Positions 18,890 through 28,831 of a stretch of DNA of 64,000 bases are shown one piece after another. The position numbers and the translations under genes are program-made. The stretch is from an uncultured Bacilli bacterium (GTDB taxonomy: Bacteria; Bacillota_I; Bacilli_A; RF39; UBA660), in the NCBI GenBank assembly GCA_944358875.1, contig CALVRZ010000001.1:20214-84213 (forward strand), in the 5' to 3' direction. The notes under the pieces are model-generated. The model was not told the DNA's origin and ran no database searches. It was given only the letters and a program-made list of their open reading frames with translations. The first letter of the stretch is position 1, and each line of letters starts with the position of its first letter.

Positions 18890-18918
18890 AAGAAACCATT
18901 TGGTTTCTTTTTTTTTTA
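18890..18918 (+). terminator. Rho-independent terminator (AAGAAACC-ATTT-GGTTTCTT + T9)
   Basis: 8-bp stem and a T-run. Confidence 0.6.
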
Positions 18919-18995
18919 GATAATTGTAGAAATTTTTGTTATTATTTGTTATAATATAGTTGAATGTACATAGGAGTGTTAAAGAGGGTGTTAGA

Positions 18996-21533
18996 ATGAA
19001 GAAGATTTATTACTTTTGGGCTTTATTATTATTTGTAATATTTAGTGGTAATGTTAAGGCATTAAATGCAACTGTTGATGTTGATGATGCTTTATATTTA
19101 AGAAAAGAACCTAGTAGTTATTCAGCTAATTTGACAGCGATTCCTGGAGGGACGAAACTAAATGGTGTTGTTATGACCAGTACGAAAGGTAATGGTTGTA
19201 CTGGTAATTGGTATTCGGTTACTTATGGAGGTCAAAGTGGTTATGTATGTGGAGATTATCTACAAATTGATAGTACTAGTAGTAATGATACGGGAAAAGT
19301 TGCTTGTTTTGAAAATGATGATCCTTTAAATATATGGACAGATGTTAATAAATCAGGACGTTTGAAACAACTTAGTTGTGATACCGAACTTAATATTTTA
19401 GAAAGAAATGTGGCAAGTAATAGTCTATGTAGTAATTGGTACAAAGTTGAACATGGTGGAACAGTAGGTTATGCTTGTGGTACTTATATTTATAATGATG
19501 ATGATAATACTGGTGGAAATAATGATACTAATGTAGGTAAGAGTACAACCGGGGATAACATTTATGAGAAAAATAATTATAGTAGCCCTGTCAATGGTGA
19601 TGGAACAGTTGCCTGCTACGAAGATACGGGAGATCTTTCTTTAAGAAGTTCGGCAGGGGGAGCTGCTAATGGATATAAGATTAGTTGTGGTACACCAGTT
19701 AAAATTAATTTTGTAAGAGAAACAAGTGGGACATGTAAATACTACTATAATATTACTAATAAATTAAATAATCAGTCTGGTTATGTATGTGGTTATTATA
19801 TAAATACAACTAAATTATCTAGTACAGCAGAGAATTACTATAAAAATAATGAGGATTTAGATGATTATTATGATAGCTTAAGAGCTAAAGGATTTCCTGA
19901 TAGTTATTTACCTTATTTAGCTGAAATTCATGCAAGACATCCTAATTGGATTTTTAATGCGGAAAAAATTAATTTGGATTTTGACGATGTTGTCTTTTAT
20001 GAATCTTTTGATGGAAGAAGTTTATTACAGGGTAGTGCTTTTGATGTTAATTATTTTTCTATGGATTTGAATACTTATGATATTTTAAATGATAAGTTTT
20101 ATGATTATGATACGGAAAATGGTTGGTATAATGCCTCAACTGAAGCTATTGCTTTTTACTTAGATCCAAGAAATTATTTGAATGAAAAATATATTTTTGC
20201 ATTTGAAAGTTTACTTTATAATGCATCACATGATGAAAGTATGGTATCTAAAATTATGAGTAATATGAACTTCTGGACTGATGTCTATAAAGGTTATTCT
20301 AGTACGATATATGCTGATGTTATTAAAGCTAGTAAAGATGTTGATATTAGTGCTATTCATGTAGCTAGTCGTATTAAACAAGAGATTAGTGGTATTTCTA
20401 CTAGTGATCCTAGATTAGGGGGAGTGTTTACTTATAATAATAAGAAATATTCTGGATATTATAATTTTTTTAACATTAATGTTTATGGTGATAATAAAAT
20501 CGTAAATGGTATGGTATATGCAATGAATAATGATTGGGATACTCCATATAAAGCTGTTCTTGGTGGTAGTAGTTTTATCAGAGGCAATTATATTGGAGTT
20601 AATCAAGATACAGTTTATTATGAAAAATTTGATGTTTCTACTACTGATGGTCATTATACGCATCAATATCAACAGAATTTAGCTGTAGCAATGCAAGAGA
20701 CTAATTCAACATTTAATAGTTATGTTAGCTTAGATAATTATTTTGATCAGAATCTTGTCTTTACTATTCCTGTCTACAATAATATGAGTACATATGCTGT
20801 TACTTCTCCTAGTTTAGGTAATCCTAATAATTATTTAAAGGATTTGAAAGTTAATGGTACGACTGTGAGTGGTTTTAGTTACAGTGATTATGAGTATGAT
20901 ATTACATTACCAGCAGGAACAAAGAGTATTAATGTTACTGCGACAAAGATTAATAATAATGCTAGTATAAGTGGCGATGGCAATATTACTATTGATAGTG
21001 ATAAGAAAACAGTTAATATTGTGGTAACAGCGCAAAATGGTCGAACAAGAACTTATACTTTAAATATTACAAGAACACAGGCTAGTGAAGATGAGATTAT
21101 CGATATTGATGTTATTATGAATAATACAGGAATAAAATATAATGGTGATTATATTTATGGTATTTATGAGAGTACTAATATTAATAGTTTGATTAATAAT
21201 GTTGAGAAGATTAGTGAGTTTGCTAGTGCCAGTATTAAAGATAAAGATGGTAATGCTAAGAATAATGGTATCTTTAAAACAGGTGATGTAGTTACTATTA
21301 GTAATTCTAAAGAAAGTGCTAGTTATACAGTTGTTATCTATGGCGATGCTAATGGAGATGGTGCGATTGAAAGCTTAGATTATTTAGCAATACTTCGTCA
21401 TATGTATAATTATGATAGATTAGAGGGAGTATATGCAAGTGCTGCGGATGCTAATCATGATGGTGATATTAATGAGCTTGATTATTTGGCTGTTTTAAGA
21501 GATTACTATGGCTATGCTAAAATTGTTCAGTAA
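18996..21533 (+). CDS. Secreted multidomain surface protein: signal peptide, three SH3b repeats, central putative cell-wall glycoside-hydrolase-like domain, cadherin-like beta-sandwich domain, C-terminal type I dockerin
   Basis: NWY(S/K)V...GYVCG SH3b motifs three times. Cadherin-like LKDLKVNG...YDITLP...TYTLNITR. Dockerin GDANGDGAIESLDYLAILRH...ADANHDGDINELDYLAVLRDYY. Start moved to the MKKIYYFWALLLF signal peptide with RBS AGAGGG. Confidence 0.6.
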   Translation: MKKIYYFWALLLFVIFSGNVKALNATVDVDDALYLRKEPSSYSANLTAIPGGTKLNGVVMTSTKGNGCTGNWYSVTYGGQSGYVCGDYLQIDSTSSNDTGKVACFENDDPLNIWTDVNKSGRLKQLSCDTELNILERNVASNSLCSNWYKVEHGGTVGYACGTYIYNDDDNTGGNNDTNVGKSTTGDNIYEKNNYSSPVNGDGTVACYEDTGDLSLRSSAGGAANGYKISCGTPVKINFVRETSGTCKYYYNITNKLNNQSGYVCGYYINTTKLSSTAENYYKNNEDLDDYYDSLRAKGFPDSYLPYLAEIHARHPNWIFNAEKINLDFDDVVFYESFDGRSLLQGSAFDVNYFSMDLNTYDILNDKFYDYDTENGWYNASTEAIAFYLDPRNYLNEKYIFAFESLLYNASHDESMVSKIMSNMNFWTDVYKGYSSTIYADVIKASKDVDISAIHVASRIKQEISGISTSDPRLGGVFTYNNKKYSGYYNFFNINVYGDNKIVNGMVYAMNNDWDTPYKAVLGGSSFIRGNYIGVNQDTVYYEKFDVSTTDGHYTHQYQQNLAVAMQETNSTFNSYVSLDNYFDQNLVFTIPVYNNMSTYAVTSPSLGNPNNYLKDLKVNGTTVSGFSYSDYEYDITLPAGTKSINVTATKINNNASISGDGNITIDSDKKTVNIVVTAQNGRTRTYTLNITRTQASEDEIIDIDVIMNNTGIKYNGDYIYGIYESTNINSLINNVEKISEFASASIKDKDGNAKNNGIFKTGDVVTISNSKESASYTVVIYGDANGDGAIESLDYLAILRHMYNYDRLEGVYASAADANHDGDINELDYLAVLRDYYGYAKIVQ

Positions 21534-21545
21534 GGAGGAAAAAGA

Positions 21546-22865
21546 ATGAAATGTGTTGGTAATATAAAATTGGTGATATTTGGAATATTTTGTTTCATAG
21601 CTTTTAATTTTAATGTAAATGCTACTAGTAGTGTTAGCCTTAAGGCTAGTGCTACATCTGTTACAGTAGGTGATACAATTACTATAACTACAACTTTTAG
21701 TTCTGATGTTGGTCTTGTTTGGACTAAGGCTTCTGTTGAATGCCGAGGCGCAGGGGTTAAAGAGTCAGGTAAAAGTATTGATAAGGCTTTAACAAATGAT
21801 AAGACTTATCAAGAAAGCTATAAAATTAGACCTACTTCTTCTGGTACTATTACTTGTACGGTTTCAAGTGCAAAGATTCTTGATATGAATAGCGATCAAA
21901 ATTTAGGTAATGATGCATGGATTAATTTATCTAATAAGTCATTAACTATTCAAGTTAAAGAACCTGTTGTTATTACTCCTCAAGAGTATTCTTCAAATAA
22001 TTATTTAGAGAATTTGAGCATTGATGGTTTTGAATTAAGTCCAGAATTTGATAAAGAAACTTTAGAATATAGTGTCGAAGTTCCTAATGATACTGAGAAA
22101 GTTATTATCAATGCTAAAAAGGAAGATAGTACAGCATCAGTGAGTGGATCTGGAGAAGTTAGTGTCAGTGAAGGAGCTAATAAGATTGAAGTTAAAGTAA
22201 CGGCACAAAATGGTAATGAGAGAATATATGTCATTAATGTTAATGTTGAAGAGTTAGATCCTATTAAGGTAACGATCGATGATAAAGAGTATACCATTAT
22301 TCGAAAAAATGATGTTTTAGAACCACCTCAAGGTTATGAAGAGACAACGGTTATGATTGATGGTGAAGAGGTTTTAGCTTATACAAATGATCAAACTAAA
22401 TATACTTTAGTTGGCTTAAAAGATGAGGAAGGAAATAGTGCTTGGTATATTTATGATGAAGAAAAAGATACTTATACCCCTTATGTTTTTTATAATTTCA
22501 ATGGGGTTAGTTTGATCACCCTCGATATGCCTAAAAATTTAATACCAGATGGTTTTGTTAAATCTTCATTTGAATATAATGATGAGAGAGTCGAAGGATA
22601 TAAATATAAGAGTAATAGCCAGTTTTACTTAATTTATGGTATGAATAGTGAAACAGGAGAAAAAGGTCTTTATATGTTCGATAAGAAAGAGGGAACAGTT
22701 CAAAGATTTAATGATGAAATTGCTGATATTTATAAAGATAAAGCGGATTTATATTTTATGATATTAATGATTGTTTCAGGAATCGTGGGTGTTGCTATTG
22801 TCGCTACGGCGGTTGTCTTAATTGTAAGAACTAAGAAACGAAAGAAGAATAAAATTAAATTTTAA
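21546..22865 (+). CDS. Cell-surface protein: signal peptide, N-terminal beta-rich domain, cadherin-like beta-sandwich domain, C-terminal TM anchor with basic tail
   Basis: NYLENLSIDGFELSPEFDKETLEYSVEVP...IYVINVNV, and C-terminal ILMIVSGIVGVAIVATAVVLIVRTKKRKK. Confidence 0.5.
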   Translation: MKCVGNIKLVIFGIFCFIAFNFNVNATSSVSLKASATSVTVGDTITITTTFSSDVGLVWTKASVECRGAGVKESGKSIDKALTNDKTYQESYKIRPTSSGTITCTVSSAKILDMNSDQNLGNDAWINLSNKSLTIQVKEPVVITPQEYSSNNYLENLSIDGFELSPEFDKETLEYSVEVPNDTEKVIINAKKEDSTASVSGSGEVSVSEGANKIEVKVTAQNGNERIYVINVNVEELDPIKVTIDDKEYTIIRKNDVLEPPQGYEETTVMIDGEEVLAYTNDQTKYTLVGLKDEEGNSAWYIYDEEKDTYTPYVFYNFNGVSLITLDMPKNLIPDGFVKSSFEYNDERVEGYKYKSNSQFYLIYGMNSETGEKGLYMFDKKEGTVQRFNDEIADIYKDKADLYFMILMIVSGIVGVAIVATAVVLIVRTKKRKKNKIKF

Positions 22866-23027
22866 GCATAAAATATAATGTCATTATGATTAATGATATG
22901 AATGGGTTCAAGGTTTTGAATTCATTCTTTTTTGTTTCTACACGATTTGGTTGGAACTAAAAAATAAGTTTTCCGACGAAGTGTTGGGAAGCTTTTTTTA
23001 CGTTCATGTCCCTTTATTTATTTTTGA

Positions 23028-23056
23028 AGGTAAAAATTTGACAATTGTTTGCTTTT
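23028..23056 (+). promoter_or_regulatory. Consensus sigma-A promoter TTGACA-N17-TATAAT upstream of two small genes and ftsA-ftsZ
   Basis: Perfect hexamers with 17-bp spacer. Confidence 0.55.
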
Positions 23057-23099
23057 TTGGTATAATTTCTCTTTGCTACGGAAAGAGAGGAGGGTGTTT

Positions 23100-23288
23100 A
23101 TGACTGATAATTTTTATGTTCCAATTAGAACTATTGAATTTAATAATAGATTTTTAATTACTGTTGGTATACCAGTTTTAGTAGATGGTATTTTTATAGG
23201 TTATACTGATTTGCATGTTGTATCACATGAAGAATATCATGCTAAATACCGTTCTAGTTCTGACAAAATGAAAAAATTAGTAAGATAA
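23100..23288 (+). CDS. Small protein (62 aa), paralog of the next gene
   Basis: RBS GAGGAGGG. C-terminus HEEYHAKYRSSSDK resembles LEEYRQKYRPVGAR of its neighbour. Confidence 0.45.
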   Translation: MTDNFYVPIRTIEFNNRFLITVGIPVLVDGIFIGYTDLHVVSHEEYHAKYRSSSDKMKKLVR

Positions 23289-23320
23289 ATTAATATAGTT
23301 GTTAAGGAGGATGTAGTAAT

Positions 23321-23524
23321 ATGTATTATAATAATGAATATATTGTCCCTTGTAAAGTTGAAGAAAAGGGAGGAAATACTTTTGTAACTATTGGTGTTCT
23401 TAATTTTACATCTGATGGTGCGATTAAGAGTGTTAAACCTTTTGAAACGTTATCTTTAGAAGAATATCGTCAAAAGTATCGTCCGGTTGGTGCAAGGGTA
23501 AGAGCTAAAAAGAGAACGAGATAA
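23321..23524 (+). CDS. Small protein (67 aa), paralog of the previous gene
   Basis: RBS AAGGAGG. Same architecture (beta-rich N-terminus, basic C-terminus). Confidence 0.45.
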   Translation: MYYNNEYIVPCKVEEKGGNTFVTIGVLNFTSDGAIKSVKPFETLSLEEYRQKYRPVGARVRAKKRTR

Positions 23525-23612
23525 ATAAATATATTAAAAAGGAAGAAAAAAATCTTTCTTTTTTCTTTATTATTTGATATAATTAGTATGTATCATTTTA
23601 GGGAGAGTCGGT

Positions 23613-24875
23613 ATGATGAAGAAAATATATACAAGTATCGATATTGGATCTGACACAATTAAGATTGTGGTCGGCGAGTCATTTAATGGAAATGTTAATG
23701 TATTAGCTTCTAAGACCATTAAATCTAAAGGAGTTAGGAAAGGCTTAATTACTGATCCTAATTTAGCTATTACGGCAATTAAGGATGGCATGCTAAGTAT
23801 TAATGATATGCTTGGGATTACGATAAAAAAAGTTATTGCTACCGTTCCTAGCTATAATGCTAAGTTTATGTATGTAACGGGTTCTGTTAATATTACTAGT
23901 CCGGATGGTTTTGTTACTAACGATGATGTTAACCGGGTCATTAAAGATTCAATATATAGTAAGATAGCTCAAGAATATGAACTAGTCACGGTTATTCCGA
24001 CGTCTTTTTTAGTGGATAATGAAGAAGTTAGTTCTAAGCCAGTAGGAATGCAAGGTAAGAAACTTGATATTAAAGGAATTATGATAACGACACCTAAAAA
24101 GAATATCTATTCTGTCATTAGTGTTTTGGAAGGTGCGGGACTGGAAGTTGTCGATATTGCCGTATCTGGTTTAGGTGATTATTTCGAAGTTCATAATGCT
24201 AATATTGATAAAAAAGTGGGGGCAATTATCAATATTGGTCATGAGACAACGACGGTTTCGGTATTTAATCATGGTAAATTAATGAATACTGATGTTATTC
24301 AACTTGGAGGATACAATGTTGAAAAAGATATTGCTTATATTTTTGGTATCAGTGTTTTTGATGCTAGAATTTTAAAAGAACGTTTTGCTAGTTCTCATAA
24401 ACGTTTTAGTCAACTTAATGATACATATGAAATAACAAATAATGCTAATGAGAAAATTAAATTAAATCAATTAGAAGTGACAGAAGTTGTTATGAGTAGA
24501 ATGGCTCAAATATTAAAAATGGCAAAAAAACAAATTTTACTCTTAACAAAACATGATATTGGATATATAATTATTACAGGGGGACTTACAGAAATTAAAT
24601 CTTTTAAGAATTTAGTCTTTGAAATATTAGGAAAAGATGTTATAATATTTACTGAAGAAACTTTAGGTGTTAGAGATAATATGTATACAACATCTTTAGG
24701 ATTGATAAAATATTTTTGTGATAAGATGGAATCAAGGGGAAGAAGTTATTCGATGGTTGATGAAATGGATGTAGAATCTTTAACAACTCCTTTTATGGAT
24801 AAGAACAAGAAAGATAACACAACAATTACAAAGATATTTGGTAATTTTACTAAAAGTATTAAGGAGGAAAAGTAA
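23613..24875 (+). CDS. ftsA: Cell division protein FtsA
   Basis: Actin-like ATPase fold motifs ([25 protein letters not shown]). Immediately followed by ftsZ with an overlapping stop/start. Confidence 0.85.
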   Translation: MMKKIYTSIDIGSDTIKIVVGESFNGNVNVLASKTIKSKGVRKGLITDPNLAITAIKDGMLSINDMLGITIKKVIATVPSYNAKFMYVTGSVNITSPDGFVTNDDVNRVIKDSIYSKIAQEYELVTVIPTSFLVDNEEVSSKPVGMQGKKLDIKGIMITTPKKNIYSVISVLEGAGLEVVDIAVSGLGDYFEVHNANIDKKVGAIINIGHETTTVSVFNHGKLMNTDVIQLGGYNVEKDIAYIFGISVFDARILKERFASSHKRFSQLNDTYEITNNANEKIKLNQLEVTEVVMSRMAQILKMAKKQILLLTKHDIGYIIITGGLTEIKSFKNLVFEILGKDVIIFTEETLGVRDNMYTTSLGLIKYFCDKMESRGRSYSMVDEMDVESLTTPFMDKNKKDNTTITKIFGNFTKSIKEEK

Positions 24876-25948
24876 TGAATAATATGTTTGGTTTGGAAAT
24901 GGATCAATTGGCAAAAATTAAAGTTATTGGTGTTGGTGGTGGTGGCTGTAATGCAGTTAACCGAATGATTGAATCTGGACTTAAGGGCGTTGATTTCATT
25001 GTTGCTAATACGGATTTACAGGTTTTAAATAATTCTTTAGCTCCAATTAAATTACAAATTGGAAGTGAACTTACTGATGGTTTAGGAGCAGGTGCTAATC
25101 CTGAGATTGGTAGAGAGGCTGCTTTAGAGAGTAAAGCAGAAATCGAAGAAGCTTTAAAGGGTGCCGATATGGTATTTGTTACTTGTGGTATGGGTGGTGG
25201 AACTGGTACAGGTGCTAGTCCTGTTATCGCTGAAATTGCTCAAGATCTTGGAGCTCTTACAGTAGGAATTGTTACGAAACCATTTAGTTTTGAAGGTAAG
25301 AAAAGAATGGAACAAGCTATTAATGGTCTAGATGAATTAAGAAAACACGTTGATACTTTAATTGTTATTCCAAATGATCGTTTAAGAGAAATAATTGATA
25401 AAGCAACACCAATGTTAGAAGCCTTTAGAGAAGTTGATAATATCTTACATCGCGGTGTTCAATCTATATCTGATTTGATTGCTGTGGCTGGTTTAGTCAA
25501 CCTAGATTTTGCCGATGTAAAAGCGGTTATGAAAGATCGTGGTAATGCTCTAATTGGTATTGGTGTTGGTTCAGGAGAAGGTAGAGCTGTCGAAGCTGCT
25601 AAACAAGCTGTTTCTTCACCACTTCTTGAAACATCAATCAATGGGGCAACAGATGCTATTATCAATGTTACGGGTGGATCTTCACTTACATTATTTGAAG
25701 TAGAAGAAGCTGCTGAAATTATTAGAACGGCCGCTAATACAGATATTAATACTATTTTTGGTGCTGTTATTAATGAAAATTTAAATGATGAGGTTATTGT
25801 AACTGTTATTGCGACAGGTTTTGAACAACCAAGCGAGCCACTATATCATAGCTTTAATTCAACAAGAAGAGAAGATATGTTCAATGATGATGATATGGAT
25901 ACGGATTTAGATATTCCTCCATTTTTAAGAGATAGAGATAATTATTAA
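24875..25948 (+). CDS. ftsZ: Cell division protein FtsZ
   Basis: [11 protein letters not shown], tubulin signature GGGTGTG, NTDLQ. Confidence 0.95.
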   Translation: MNNMFGLEMDQLAKIKVIGVGGGGCNAVNRMIESGLKGVDFIVANTDLQVLNNSLAPIKLQIGSELTDGLGAGANPEIGREAALESKAEIEEALKGADMVFVTCGMGGGTGTGASPVIAEIAQDLGALTVGIVTKPFSFEGKKRMEQAINGLDELRKHVDTLIVIPNDRLREIIDKATPMLEAFREVDNILHRGVQSISDLIAVAGLVNLDFADVKAVMKDRGNALIGIGVGSGEGRAVEAAKQAVSSPLLETSINGATDAIINVTGGSSLTLFEVEEAAEIIRTAANTDINTIFGAVINENLNDEVIVTVIATGFEQPSEPLYHSFNSTRREDMFNDDDMDTDLDIPPFLRDRDNY

Positions 25949-25954
25949 AATAAA

Positions 25955-25990
25955 AATACGTTAATTAGAAACGTATTTTTTTGTTGATGT
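25955..25990 (+). terminator. Terminator after ftsZ (AAATACGTT-AATTAGAA-ACGTATTT + T-run)
   Basis: 8-9-bp stem plus T7. Confidence 0.6.
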
Positions 25991-26000
25991 TTTAAAATAA

Positions 26001-26100
26001 AAGGCACCTGACTTTAACATTTGTTGGTCGGGTACTTATCTAAACTTATTTGGAAAGCATCTGATTCACATAATCAAATGTATCCTTTTTTATGAGGCGC
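26001..26100. repeat. Partial copy (hairpin module only) of the repeat that flanks the 511-aa gene
   Basis: AAAAGGCACCTGAC...GTCGGGTAC...GGAAAGCATCTGATTCACATAATCAAATGTATCCTTTTTTATGAGGCG is shared with 26337-26440 and 28498-28612. Confidence 0.75.
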
Positions 26101-26106
26101 TAATTT

Positions 26107-26440
26107 TTTTGTTATAAATTTATAAATTTATTTCATTTCTTGTTAGTTAAAATAGTAGTATTATAAATAATTATTTGATATTATAACTAACTGGATACAT
26201 TTTGAAGATCAGGTGCTTTCCTTTCTAATTTTATGCTAGAAAGGTAGGTGATATTTATGAGCAAAAGAGAATTATATCTTTATATCATAATATTACTTTT
26301 ATTTCTAGTAATATTTTTATTATTAAAATAAAAAAAGGCACCTGACTCAACGTTTGTTGGTCTGGTGCTTACCATACATATTTGGAAAGCATCTGATTCA
26401 CATAATCAAATGTATCCTTTTTTATGAGGCGTTTTCCTCA
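26107..26440. repeat. Long direct repeat, left copy (~335 bp): AT-rich leader, 24-aa hydrophobic-peptide ORF bracketed by inverted repeats (GATCAGGTGCTTTCC / AAGGCACCTGAC), then the hairpin module
   Basis: ~90% identical to 28262-28612 by eye. Confidence 0.75.
26257..26331 (+). CDS. Tiny hydrophobic peptide (24 aa, MSKRELYLYIIILLLFLVIFLLLK) inside the repeat unit; could be a type I toxin-like or leader peptide
   Basis: RBS AAAGGTAGGTG 6 nt upstream. Identical peptide encoded at 28420-28494. Confidence 0.3.
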   Translation: MSKRELYLYIIILLLFLVIFLLLK

Positions 26441-26617
26441 TATCTACATTATAGCATACGGCAGACTATGTCCGCAACCTAACATTTTGATTTTTTTTCA
26501 TAAAAAAATCAAAACCCTCCTATAATGAACATAAATGTAGTATAATACTACTCAAACAAATCGGAGACTACTTGGTATTACCGTTCTCTCCCGTATAATG
26601 AATGGAGTGGTTTTGAT

Positions 26618-28153
26618 ATGAATATAATAGAACAAAATAAGAAAAAAATCAATGGGAAATTAGAAACTTTTGACAGAATGATAATAAACGGATATTTATT
26701 AAACCTATGTAATTATAGACATTTTCTATATTATCTAATACAAAACAATATTCAATTAAAAGATTTTGATAAATTTGCTTTAGAACAAACAAAAGAATTA
26801 TGTAATCACATTGATAATTATATCAATGAAAATAACATTCAAACAATTTATCTTAATTCTGGTAAGATTGATAAAAATGAAATTGTTATGCGTGAATTAG
26901 ATAAAAATCCTAATAAAACTGGTTTAATATCTGTATTATCAGCAGTTGAAATATGTAATACTATGACTGTTAAACCAAATCATGAATCTCAAAAATTAGA
27001 AGTTACATCTAGACCTACTAAATGTAAACATTATTATTTTTATTTTAATGATAAAGAATTTGGTTTAATGTATTTAAAAATACAAACTTGGTTTCCTTAT
27101 AATGTTCAAATATATATTAATGGACGTGAATATTTATCTAAGTTGCTTGAAAAAAACAATATAAAATATGAAATGTATAATAATTCATTTTCATATATTG
27201 AAGATTTTTCAAAAGCTCAAAAACTTGCAGATGATATTCTTAACAAGAAGATTTCTGATTCATTTGATGGATTAATTAAGCAAATAAATATACACTTACC
27301 TAAAATAGAAAAAATATTTAGTCATTCTTACTATTGGTGTATTGATCAATGCGAGTTTGCAACCGACATTAATTTTAAGAGTCGTGATGACTTAAGTTTA
27401 TTTTATAAGACACTGGTTGAAACTGCATATTTCACTTTTAGTTCTGAAGATATTTATTCTTTCTTTGGTAGAAATGTATCTAGAATTCATACTTTTTCTA
27501 AAGGAGAAATTGTTTCTGATTTAAGAAACAGGTATCAAGGTTACCGAATAAAATTTAAAATAAATAATAATCAAATAAAAATGTATGATAAAGGAAACAA
27601 TTTAAGAATCGAAGTTACTATTAATAATCCAAAAGATTTTAAAGTCCTTAAAGAAAAAGAAAAAATTGTAGAACATAAAACATTAGAAAAAGAAAAAGTT
27701 TGGGTACCTATGGGTAAGAGTATATCTAACTTATATAGATATGTTGAAATAAGTAAATCTATTACTAAAAGGTATATTGAATCATTACCTCTAGTAAATA
27801 TTGATGAAGTTCCAATTTCTGATATAGAAAAACTTTCTTCTTCAATAACTGTTAATAATAAAAAATATACTGGTTTTAATATACTAGAAAAAGATACATT
27901 AAAACTTTTTTCTATTATTTCTAAGGGAGAATATTTAATTAATGGTTTTTCTAACAAGTCAATTAGAAAACAATATTTTGAAGGAGATATAACTTCTAAA
28001 GAAATAAATAGACTTACTAGACTATTATCTAAATTAAAAGCTCATGGACTAATTAAAAAAGTAGCTAGAAAAAACAAATATTATCTAACTACCAAAGGTC
28101 GTAAAATAACAAATAGTATATTGATCTATACTAAAAAAAAGTTGTTAAATTAA
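26618..28153 (+). CDS. Hypothetical 511-aa protein, very AT-rich, flanked by long direct repeats; likely horizontally acquired cargo of unknown function
   Basis: Long uninterrupted ORF with RBS-like GGAGTGG. No motif I can assign. Confidence 0.5.
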   Translation: MNIIEQNKKKINGKLETFDRMIINGYLLNLCNYRHFLYYLIQNNIQLKDFDKFALEQTKELCNHIDNYINENNIQTIYLNSGKIDKNEIVMRELDKNPNKTGLISVLSAVEICNTMTVKPNHESQKLEVTSRPTKCKHYYFYFNDKEFGLMYLKIQTWFPYNVQIYINGREYLSKLLEKNNIKYEMYNNSFSYIEDFSKAQKLADDILNKKISDSFDGLIKQINIHLPKIEKIFSHSYYWCIDQCEFATDINFKSRDDLSLFYKTLVETAYFTFSSEDIYSFFGRNVSRIHTFSKGEIVSDLRNRYQGYRIKFKINNNQIKMYDKGNNLRIEVTINNPKDFKVLKEKEKIVEHKTLEKEKVWVPMGKSISNLYRYVEISKSITKRYIESLPLVNIDEVPISDIEKLSSSITVNNKKYTGFNILEKDTLKLFSIISKGEYLINGFSNKSIRKQYFEGDITSKEINRLTRLLSKLKAHGLIKKVARKNKYYLTTKGRKITNSILIYTKKKLLN

Positions 28154-28261
28154 TCATCAGTAATTATACTGATTTGGGGTAAGGGGAATTCTACCCTTTT
28201 TTATATAATTGTATAAAAACTTGTTTTTTATTTAAGTATTTAGAATGCAATAGCATATAAA

Positions 28262-28612
28262 ACTTATTTTTGCTATAAATTTACTTTAAGTTTATTATAT
28301 ATCTTGTTAGTTAAATTGGTATTATTATAAAAGATTATTTGATATTATAAATAACTGGATGCATTTGAAGATCAGGTGCTTTCCTTTCTAATTTTATGTT
28401 AGAAAGGTAGGTGGTATTTATGAGCAAAAGAGAATTATATCTTTATATCATAATATTACTTTTATTTCTAGTAATATTTTTATTATTAAAATAAAAGGCA
28501 CCTGACTCAACATTTGTTGGTCGGGTGCTTATCCAAACTATTGGAAAGCATCTGATTCACATAATCAAATGTATCCTTTTTTATGAGGCGCTCCTCATAT
28601 CTACATTATAGC
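28262..28612. repeat. Long direct repeat, right copy (~350 bp), including the second copy of the 24-aa peptide ORF
   Basis: Matches 26107-26440 module for module. Confidence 0.75.
28420..28494 (+). CDS. Tiny hydrophobic peptide (24 aa), second identical copy
   Basis: Same RBS and coding sequence as 26257-26331. Confidence 0.3.
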   Translation: MSKRELYLYIIILLLFLVIFLLLK

Positions 28613-28831
28613 ATAAAAAATTTTTTTTTGCTATAAATTTACTTTAGATTTATTTTGTTTCTAGTAATGTTTGTTGGTTGAACACTAAATTAAATGTATT
28701 CTTTTGTTCTTATATGAAATAGTTCTTCATATTAGATATGTTGTATTATAAAGAAATTGTTTTGGTGATACTTTTTGCTATAACTTGATTTTTGTTTTTA
28801 TTTACCTTATAATAGTGGGAGAAAGGAAGAG

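Noticed and set aside
26000-28620. Possible CRISPR array suggested by the repeated ~30-nt hairpin modules
   Set aside because: Repeats are long (100-340 bp), few, irregularly spaced and flank a gene. There are no short regular repeat-spacer units and no cas genes.
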